A stretch of DNA of 43,412 nucleotides from an uncultured Eubacteriales bacterium (GTDB lineage: Bacteria; Actinomycetota; Coriobacteriia; Anaerosomatales; JAUVQN01). Location: positions 6,096 to 49,507 of the forward strand of contig CAYOSP010000007.1 of the NCBI GenBank assembly GCA_964406675.1, read 5' to 3'. The position numbers and the translations under genes are program-made. The notes under the pieces are model-generated. The model made no database searches. It was not told the DNA's origin and was given only the letters and a program-made list of their open reading frames with translations. The first letter of the stretch is position 1. Every line of letters begins with the position of its first letter. Positions 36,479 to 43,412 of this stretch are shown here, piece after piece.

Positions 36479-37699
36479 ATGAGCTTCGAGCACTTCTTCG
36501 CACTGACGGTCTCCGGCCTGACGGTGGGGATGATCTACGCCCTCATCGCGCTCGGCTATACGATGGTGTACGGCGTGCTGGAGTTCATCAACTTCGCGCA
36601 CGGCGAGATCTTCACGATCGGGGGCTATCTGGGGGCCATGACACTCGTGTGGATCGGGGTCGACGCGTCGACCCCGATCGGCACCAAGATCCTCTTCTTC
36701 GTGGCGGCGTTCCTCATCTCGGTCGTGCTCACGTCGATCCTGGGGTGGCTGGTGGAACGTATCGCCTATCGGCCCCTCCGGGGTCGGTCACGCATCATCC
36801 CGTTGCTCTCCGCGATCGGTGTGAGCATCTTCCTGCAGAACCTGATCCTCGTGACCGTCGGGCCCGATCCGATCATCATGCCGACCGCGGTCGTGCCGGC
36901 GGGCTTCGTGACCATCTTCGGTGCGCAGATACGCGTCCTGGCGCTCGTGATCATCGGCACGTCGGTCGGCTTCATGGCGCTGCTCACGTGGCTCGTGAGG
37001 GGGACCCGCATCGGTAAGGCGATGCGGGCGACCTCCCAGGACATGGAGGCCGCCGAGATGATGGGCATCGACACGAACCGGACCATCGCGTTCACCTTCG
37101 TGGTGGGTTCGGCGCTCGCGGCGGTCGGTGGCTTCCTGGTGGCGATGTACTACGGGTCGCTGCAGTACGACACCGGATTCCTATACGGGCTCAAGGCGTT
37201 CACCGCCGCCGTGCTCGGAGGCATCGGCAACATCCCCGGAGCGGTCGTGGGGTCGCTCGTGCTCGGCTTGGCCGAGAACTACGGCGTGGGGATGCGGCTC
37301 GGCTTCATCGCGTGGATGTTCGTGGCGCTACTCGGGCTGGGACTGTGGATACAGATGGTGCGCGCCCCGGCGCAGCGCCTCGTACACATCCGGGACGAGT
37401 GGCGTACCCCCGAGTACGTGCGCGAGCTCAAGCTCCTGTATCGTGCCGCGCCGGTATTCGCGGTGCGTACGTTGCTGCGGGAGCGGACCGACGCGCTGCT
37501 CTACGTCTCGGCCAAGCACGGATTGCGGCTCACCGTCGCGAACGTGCTGGTGCTGATCCTCGCGGTGGTGTTCGCGCTCAACGGTGACTACAAGTTCGAC
37601 ACCATGTGGCAGCACGTGATCGCGTTCGGCGTGCTGATGGTGATCCTCACCTTCCGCCCCTCGGGCATCCTCGGCGAGCACGTACAGGAGAAGGTGTGA
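36479..37699 (+). CDS. livH: Branched-chain amino acid ABC permease with ~100-aa insertion
   Basis: YALIALGYTMVYG...INFAHG, GKAMRATSQD, KAFTAAVLGGIG, FRPSGILG. Confidence 0.93.
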   Translation: MSFEHFFALTVSGLTVGMIYALIALGYTMVYGVLEFINFAHGEIFTIGGYLGAMTLVWIGVDASTPIGTKILFFVAAFLISVVLTSILGWLVERIAYRPLRGRSRIIPLLSAIGVSIFLQNLILVTVGPDPIIMPTAVVPAGFVTIFGAQIRVLALVIIGTSVGFMALLTWLVRGTRIGKAMRATSQDMEAAEMMGIDTNRTIAFTFVVGSALAAVGGFLVAMYYGSLQYDTGFLYGLKAFTAAVLGGIGNIPGAVVGSLVLGLAENYGVGMRLGFIAWMFVALLGLGLWIQMVRAPAQRLVHIRDEWRTPEYVRELKLLYRAAPVFAVRTLLRERTDALLYVSAKHGLRLTVANVLVLILAVVFALNGDYKFDTMWQHVIAFGVLMVILTFRPSGILGEHVQEKV

Positions 37700-37700
37700 C

Positions 37701-38837
37701 GTGGCGCGGGTGACGACGTCGATGAGGCGCACGTTCGCACGCTTGCCCCGCTGGGTCTACGGGGTCGCGGCGCTTGTGTTCGCCGTGGTGTTCCCGCTGT
37801 TCCAGGAGGCGGGGATGATGGAGATGCTGTGGCTGCGTGTCGGTGTCCGGGTGCTCATCTACACGCTCCTCGCCCTCGGTCTCAACCTCGTGCTCGGCGA
37901 GACCGGCCTGCTGCACCTGGGCTACATCGCGTTCTTCGCCATCGGCGCATACACCACGGCGTTGCTCGCATCCCCGCGCTTCGACCTGCACTTCCCGATC
38001 TGGGCGATCCTGCTGATCGCGATCGTGCTCGCGATGTTCTTCGGGTTCCTCATCGGGCTGCCCACGCTGCGCTTGCGCGGCGACTATCTCGCGATCGTCA
38101 CCCTCGCGTTCGGCGAGATCACCCGTCACACCTTCAACAACTGGGAGACGCTCACCAACGGACCGGGCGGCATCCCGGGCATCCACAACCCGGAGATGTT
38201 CGGCTTCGTGTTCGACCGCCCGATCGAGTTCTACTACCTGTTCCTCGTCCTCCTGGTCGTGGTGACCGTGCTCCTGGTGAACCTCAAGGACTCGCGCATC
38301 GGGCGCGCGTGGAACGCGCTGCGCGAGGATGAGATCGCGGCGGATCACTCCGGCATCCACGGCATGCGCGTCAAGATGCTCTCCATGGTGCTCAGCTCGG
38401 GCATCGCGGGACTCGCCGGCGCGCTGTTCGCCTACTATCAGCAGTTCATCAACCCCACGTACTTCCTGTTCATGCAGTCGGTGATCGTGGTCTGCATGGT
38501 GGTGCTCGGCGGGATGGGGTCGATCCCCGGCGCCATCCTCGGGGCGGTCGCGCTCGACACCGCGCCGGAGATCATCCGGCAGTCGTTCACCGCGCTGCCG
38601 GCCGGCATCACGAGTTCGTTGCCCCAGGCTATGCAGACGTTCTTCTTCGAGTTCGACCGCTACCGGATGCTGCTGTTCGGACTCGTCATCGTCATCGTGG
38701 TGATCTTCAGGCCGGAGGGTCTGCTGCCGAACACGCTGTGGCGTCGCGAGGCGCACGAGGACGACCCGCGCGAACAGGAACGCACACGCCAGACCCTCTT
38801 CGACTACGAAGAGGGCAAACAGGACCTGGAGGCCTGA
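37701..38837 (+). CDS. livM: Branched-chain amino acid ABC permease
   Basis: LGLNLVLGETGLLHLG, LRLRGDYLAIVTLAFGEI, GRAWNALREDE, VLGGMGS, RPEGL. Confidence 0.94.
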   Translation: MARVTTSMRRTFARLPRWVYGVAALVFAVVFPLFQEAGMMEMLWLRVGVRVLIYTLLALGLNLVLGETGLLHLGYIAFFAIGAYTTALLASPRFDLHFPIWAILLIAIVLAMFFGFLIGLPTLRLRGDYLAIVTLAFGEITRHTFNNWETLTNGPGGIPGIHNPEMFGFVFDRPIEFYYLFLVLLVVVTVLLVNLKDSRIGRAWNALREDEIAADHSGIHGMRVKMLSMVLSSGIAGLAGALFAYYQQFINPTYFLFMQSVIVVCMVVLGGMGSIPGAILGAVALDTAPEIIRQSFTALPAGITSSLPQAMQTFFFEFDRYRMLLFGLVIVIVVIFRPEGLLPNTLWRREAHEDDPREQERTRQTLFDYEEGKQDLEA

Positions 38838-38840
38838 CGG

Positions 38841-39638
38841 ATGCCCGACGAGCGCAAGGTGGTCCTCGACTTCCAGGGCGTGACGCTGTCCTTCGGCGGG
38901 CTCACGGCGGTCGACGACTTCTCGTTCCAGGTCCACGAGAACGAGATCCTCTCGATCATCGGCCCTAACGGTTCGGGGAAGACCACGACGTTCAACCTGA
39001 TCACCGGCCTGTACGAGCCGGACAGCGGCGACATCATGCTGCAGGGCGAGTCGATCGCGGGATTGCGGCCGGACCAGATCCAGGAGCGCGGCGTCTCGCG
39101 GACGTTCCAGACGCTGCGGTTGTTCAACAACATGACGGTGATGGAGAACGTGCTCGTGGGCATGCACGCGACGACGAGTTCGGGCGTGCTCGCCTCGATG
39201 TTCCGGCTGCCGTCCGTCCGTCGCGAGGAAGAGGAGATGCGCGAGAAGGCCCGCGAGATCTTCGCGATGTTCCCGGGACGCTTCTCCGGACCGCGACAGG
39301 ATCACCCCGCGTACTCGCTCAGCTATGCGAACCGGCGACGCCTCGAGATCGCCCGAGCCTTGGCCCCCGACCCCGCGCTGCTCCTGCTCGACGAGCCGGT
39401 GGCCGGGATGAACCCCGCCGAGACGCTCGAGGTGATGGAGCAGATCAAGGAGCTCAAGAAGCGGGGCTACACCATACTGATGATCGAGCACGACATGAAG
39501 GTGATCATGGGCGCTTCGGATCGCGTCATCGCCATGGACCACGGTGAGCGCATCGCCGAGGGGACGCCCGAAGAGGTCGCCGACGATCCGAGCGTGGTGG
39601 AGGCATATCTTGGCAAACGAGGCGCAGAGACTGCTTGA
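38841..39638 (+). CDS. livG: Branched-chain amino acid ABC ATPase
   Basis: FGGLTAV, GPNGSGKTT, RTFQ, LSYANRRRLEIARA, LDEP, IEHDM, AYLG. Confidence 0.94.
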   Translation: MPDERKVVLDFQGVTLSFGGLTAVDDFSFQVHENEILSIIGPNGSGKTTTFNLITGLYEPDSGDIMLQGESIAGLRPDQIQERGVSRTFQTLRLFNNMTVMENVLVGMHATTSSGVLASMFRLPSVRREEEEMREKAREIFAMFPGRFSGPRQDHPAYSLSYANRRRLEIARALAPDPALLLLDEPVAGMNPAETLEVMEQIKELKKRGYTILMIEHDMKVIMGASDRVIAMDHGERIAEGTPEEVADDPSVVEAYLGKRGAETA

Positions 39639-40338
39639 GTTCGACGACGTGGTCACGCACTACGGCCGCATCCAGATCCTCAAGCACGTCGACTACGAGA
39701 TATGGCCGGGCGAGATCGTCTGCCTGCTCGGGGGCAACGCCTCGGGCAAGTCGACGACGATGAAGACCGTCCTCGGCATCGTCATGCCGACCTCCGGCGA
39801 GGTGCGTTGGAAGGGCGAGGCCATCAATCACGTGCGCACCGCGGAGCGCATCAAGCGGGGCATCGCCACGGTACCGGAGAACCGCCGGCTGTTCCCCCAT
39901 CTCACCGTGTTCGAGAACCTGGAGATGGGCGCGTACACCCGCAAGGACAAGGACGCGATCAAGGAGGACTTCGAGCGCGTCTACTCGCTCTTCCCTCGTG
40001 TGCACGAGCGGAGGAGCCAGCGCGCGGGAACCCTGTCCGGCGGGGAACAGCAGATGGTCGCGTTCGGGCGCGCGATGATGTCGCGGCCCGAGCTCATCAT
40101 CATGGACGAGCCCTCGATGGGTCTCGCGCCCGCGCTCGTCGACCAGACCTTCGATACGATCCAGCAGGTCAACGAGCAGGGTGTGGCGATATTCGTCGTC
40201 GAGCAGAACGCGACCGCGGCGCTGGGCATCGCGGACCGCGGCTACGTCCTGCAGACGGGCCAGGTGGTCATCTCCGGCACCGCGAAGGAACTGCTGGCCA
40301 ACGAGGAGCTCCGGCGCGCGTACCTCGGGGAGGCCTGA
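39610..40338 (+). CDS. livF: Branched-chain amino acid ABC ATPase
   Basis: TTG 39610 with GGAGG RBS; GGNASGKST, LSGGEQQM, DEPSMGLAP, VEQN, AYLG. Confidence 0.93.
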   Translation: MANEAQRLLEFDDVVTHYGRIQILKHVDYEIWPGEIVCLLGGNASGKSTTMKTVLGIVMPTSGEVRWKGEAINHVRTAERIKRGIATVPENRRLFPHLTVFENLEMGAYTRKDKDAIKEDFERVYSLFPRVHERRSQRAGTLSGGEQQMVAFGRAMMSRPELIIMDEPSMGLAPALVDQTFDTIQQVNEQGVAIFVVEQNATAALGIADRGYVLQTGQVVISGTAKELLANEELRRAYLGEA

Positions 40339-40390
40339 GGAGTCGCGCTGCCGAGCGTCTGGTATCATCCGTCGAGTACACACGAATATC

Positions 40391-40497
40391 GACGCGGGAG
40401 CTGTCGCGCAGACGGCTGAGAGGGAAGGTACGCCTTCCGACCGTTCGAACCTGATGGGGCGCGGTCGCGCCACCGGGTAATTCCGGCGCAGGGAGCA
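40391..40497 (+). ncRNA. TPP riboswitch (with an extra hairpin)
   Basis: GCGGGAGC...GCTGAGAG...GACCG...GAACCTGAT...CCGGGTAATTCCGGCGCAGGGAG, upstream of thiM-thiE-thiC. Confidence 0.9.
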
Positions 40498-40568
40498 GCA
40501 TCCATGCGGGCCGCCGTCGCTCTGGTTCGAGCGTGGCGGTCTTTCGCGTCCGAGGAACGGAGGGTTCC

Positions 40569-41387
40569 GTGACGGACGCATCCGACAAGACGGGGCGCGA
40601 GACCGGGCAGATGCTCTCGGCCGTGCGCTCCACCAAGCCGCTCGTGCACCACATGACCAACCTGGTGGTGATGAACGAGACGGCCAACATGACGCTCGCC
40701 TTCGGCGCGTTGCCGGTCATGGCGCACGCGAAAGAGGAGGTCGAGGAGATGGTCGGACTCGCCTCGGCGCTTCTGCTCAACATCGGGACGCTCACCCCGG
40801 AACTCGTCGACTCGATGATCCTGGCGGGCAGGGCGGCGAACTCGAAAGGCGTCCCCGTGGTGCTCGATCCCGTCGGGGTGGGGGCGACCACACTGCGTAC
40901 GGATTCGGCCGCGCGCATCCTGTCCGAGGTGGACGTGGGACTCGTGCGAGGCAACGCGGCCGAGGTCACGGCGCTCGCGGGAGGGACCGCCGAGGTCAGG
41001 GGCGTCGAGTCCGTGGGTACGTACGAGACCGTAGGCGAGACGGCGGCCTCACTGGGCGCCGGGCTCGGCGCGGTGGTATGCGTGACGGGCGCGGAGGACC
41101 TGGTGACCGACGGGCGACGCACCGTACGGGTCCGCAACGGACACCCCATGATGGGCACGGTCACCGGCACCGGATGCATGTGCACGACGGCGATCGCCTG
41201 TTTCGCAGGGGCGAACGACAGCCCCTTCGAGGCGGCGGTCGCGGCACTGGTCGCCTACGGGATCGCCGGCGAGGACGCCGCGGTGGGCGCGAAGGGGCCG
41301 GGCTCGTTCCATGTCGCGCTCTACGACGCCGTCGCGAGCCTGGATGCCGACGCGGTCGACGAGCGAGCCGACGTGGTGTCCGAGTGA
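40569..41387 (+). CDS. thiM: Hydroxyethylthiazole kinase
   Basis: PLVHHMTNLV, PVMAH, LNIGTL, VLDPVG, RGNAAE, VTGTGC. Confidence 0.95.
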   Translation: MTDASDKTGRETGQMLSAVRSTKPLVHHMTNLVVMNETANMTLAFGALPVMAHAKEEVEEMVGLASALLLNIGTLTPELVDSMILAGRAANSKGVPVVLDPVGVGATTLRTDSAARILSEVDVGLVRGNAAEVTALAGGTAEVRGVESVGTYETVGETAASLGAGLGAVVCVTGAEDLVTDGRRTVRVRNGHPMMGTVTGTGCMCTTAIACFAGANDSPFEAAVAALVAYGIAGEDAAVGAKGPGSFHVALYDAVASLDADAVDERADVVSE

Positions 41388-42070
41388 CGGAGGGTGACGC
41401 GTTGGACCTCGGCCTGTACTTCGTCACCTGCGAGGTCTCGGACCGCGGCCTGGGCCACCTCGACACGGCCCGCGCGGCCGTGGAGGGGGGCGCGACGACC
41501 GTGCAGTTCCGCGACAAGCGGCTGAGCGGCGAGGCGCTCCTGGCGGCGGCCCGTCCGGTCCGTGAGATGTGCGGCGAGCACGACGTCGACTTCGTGATGA
41601 ACGACGACGCGGCCGCGGCACTCGCGCTCGACGCCGACGGGCTGCACGTGGGCCAGGACGAGCTCGAGGAGTCGGTGACGTGGCGTTCAGCCGAGGACCG
41701 AGGGACGGCGCCCCGCTTCCTGGGCGTCTCGGTCACCGACACGAGCCAGGTGGCGGAGGCGGAGCGACTCGGGGCCGACTACCTGGGGGTGGGACCGATC
41801 CACGCCACCCCGTCCAAGCCCGACGCCGCGCCGCCCATGGGGCTCGACGGGCTGCGCGAGGTGCGCCGTAGGACCTCCCTGCCGATCGTCGCCATAGGCG
41901 GGATAGGTCCCGACGAGGTCGGGCCGGTGATGCGGGCGGGCGCCGACGGCGTCTGTGTGATATCCGCGATCGCGTCCGCCGACGACATGGTCGTCGCGGC
42001 GAGGGAGCTGCGTCGGACCGTCGACGCGCACCGAGGGATGGTGTCCTCTCCGTGCACCGAGGGATGGTGA
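41384..42070 (+). CDS. thiE: Thiamine-phosphate synthase
   Basis: LYFVT, VQFRDK, VMNDD, GLHVGQD, DYLGVGPI..TPSK, VAIGGI, VISAI; GTGA overlap with thiM. Confidence 0.95.
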   Translation: MTEGDALDLGLYFVTCEVSDRGLGHLDTARAAVEGGATTVQFRDKRLSGEALLAAARPVREMCGEHDVDFVMNDDAAAALALDADGLHVGQDELEESVTWRSAEDRGTAPRFLGVSVTDTSQVAEAERLGADYLGVGPIHATPSKPDAAPPMGLDGLREVRRRTSLPIVAIGGIGPDEVGPVMRAGADGVCVISAIASADDMVVAARELRRTVDAHRGMVSSPCTEGW

Positions 42071-42077
42071 TGGGTCG

Positions 42078-43367
42078 ATGAGCCTGCTCGAAGACATCCG
42101 CCGAGGCCGGGAGGGCGAGCTCCTCTCACGCGTGGCCGAGGACGAAGGGGTGCGACCGGACGAGCTCGCCGAGGGGCTGTCCTCCGGCCGCGTCGTCCTG
42201 CCGCTCAACGCGCACCGGAGGGAGGCGGTCCGCCCGATCGCGGTGGGCGAGGGTCTCCGCACCAAGGTGAACGCCAACATCGGCACCTCGGAGACCGCCT
42301 CCGACCTCGAGCACGAGCTCGAGAAGCTGCGGGCCGCGCTGGACGCGGGTGCGGACGCGGTCATGGACCTGTCCACGGACCCGGACCTGACCCGCACGCG
42401 TCGCGCCGTGCTCGAGCATTCGGACGTGATGGTGGGTACCGTGCCGATCTACGAGGCGGCCGTGCGCGCCGCGGCTGACGACGAGGGCATCGTGTCGATG
42501 ACCGGCGACGACATGCTCGCCGCCGCGAGACGCCAGGCGGAGGAAGGCGTCGACTTCCAGACCATCCACGCGGGCCTCACGCTCGACGTGCTCGAGACGG
42601 TGCGCGCCGCAGACAGGCTCGCGGGCATCGTCTCGCGCGGCGGGGCGATGCTCACCACGTGGATGCTCGCCAACGAGGCCGAGAACCCGTTCTTCGCCAG
42701 GTTCGACGAACTGCTCGACATCTGCCTCGAGCACGAGGTCACGCTGAGTCTCGGGGACGGTCTGCGGCCGGGTGCGCTCGCAGACGCGTCCGACGCGCCG
42801 CAGGTGCACGAGCTCGTCGTGCTCGGTCGTCTTGTGAAGCGGGCGCGCGAGGCCGGCGTGCAGGTGATGGTCGAGGGGCCCGGGCACGTGCCGCTGGACC
42901 AGGTGGCGGCCAACGTCGCGATGCAGAAGTCGATATGCGACGGGGCGCCGTTCTACGTGCTCGGTCCGATCGTCACCGACGTCGCTCCGGGTTACGACGA
43001 CGTGACCGCGGCCATCGGCGGCGCGGTCGCGGGCATGGCCGGCGCGGACTTCCTCTGCTACGTGACGCGGACGGAACACCTCTGCCTGCCGGTGACCGAG
43101 GACGTGCACCGCGGGGTGATCGTGGCGCGCATCGCGGCTCACGCGGCGGACGTGGCGAAGGGGATCCCGGGGGCCCGCGAGTGGGACGACGCGATGTCGG
43201 CCGCGCGCAAGGACGTCGACTGGTCCCGCCAGATCGAGCTCGCGGTGGACCCGGGGCTCGCTCGTGATCTGCACGAGTCGCGAGGCGGCTCCGACGAGTC
43301 GGTATGCACCATGTGCGGGCCGTTCTGCGCGGTGCGACTCATGAACGAACTGCTGGACGGCGAGTGA
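42078..43367 (+). CDS. thiC: Phosphomethylpyrimidine (HMP-P) synthase, short form
   Basis: KVNANIGTS, MDLS, GTVPIY, IVSRGG, SLGDGLRPG, EGPGHVP, PGYD, C-terminal CTMCGPFC; under a TPP riboswitch. Confidence 0.93.
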   Translation: MSLLEDIRRGREGELLSRVAEDEGVRPDELAEGLSSGRVVLPLNAHRREAVRPIAVGEGLRTKVNANIGTSETASDLEHELEKLRAALDAGADAVMDLSTDPDLTRTRRAVLEHSDVMVGTVPIYEAAVRAAADDEGIVSMTGDDMLAAARRQAEEGVDFQTIHAGLTLDVLETVRAADRLAGIVSRGGAMLTTWMLANEAENPFFARFDELLDICLEHEVTLSLGDGLRPGALADASDAPQVHELVVLGRLVKRAREAGVQVMVEGPGHVPLDQVAANVAMQKSICDGAPFYVLGPIVTDVAPGYDDVTAAIGGAVAGMAGADFLCYVTRTEHLCLPVTEDVHRGVIVARIAAHAADVAKGIPGAREWDDAMSAARKDVDWSRQIELAVDPGLARDLHESRGGSDESVCTMCGPFCAVRLMNELLDGE

Positions 43368-43381
43368 GGTGCGAGAGGACC

Positions 43382-43412
43382 ATGCCGGACCGGACGCCGG
43401 AGCGGACGCCGG
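43382..43412 (+). CDS. Probable start of the next gene of the thi operon (truncated by the window edge)
   Basis: ATG 43382 preceded by GAGAGGA; only 10 codons visible. Confidence 0.35.
   Translation, partial: MPDRTPERTP

Noticed and set aside
42078-43367. ThiC paralogue BzaA/B/F (benzimidazole synthesis)
   Set aside because: Lies in a thiM-thiE operon under a TPP riboswitch with no cobalamin genes, so ThiC is the simpler call.

Overview
High-GC bacterial window, probably a monoderm actinobacterium such as an environmental Coriobacteriia/OPB41-like lineage. This is inferred from leaderless TANNNT promoters, a GlnR-like box, a CWB2 wall-binding protein and amtB-glnK order. The left flank (1-11.4 kb) is housekeeping: frameshifted DUF427 gene, glnK-amtB, sulfotransferase, citrate synthase, ABC-F, patatin, DUF308, nadE. 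The right flank (30-43.4 kb) holds class I aldolase, accD-accA, PPi-type Pfk, class II aldolase, a liv-type ABC transporter and a TPP riboswitch ahead of thiM-thiE-thiC. Between them lies an ~18.5 kb respiratory block, the most interesting part. One operon encodes a compact hexaheme cytochrome whose motif order matches the OmcS nanowire family, a second multiheme cytochrome, a 4x[4Fe-4S] subunit and a Tat-exported, insertion-rich Psr/Phs/Srr-like molybdoenzyme, with no NrfD/PsrC anchor. It is followed by a TorD/DmsD chaperone, a polyferredoxin, TPR and NHL proteins, two more multiheme cytochromes (24 CxxCH plus 2 atypical motifs across the four), a PhnD-like binding protein with histidine kinase and LytTR regulator, and a CWB2 surface protein. 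All calls come from reading motifs by eye; no searches were run.
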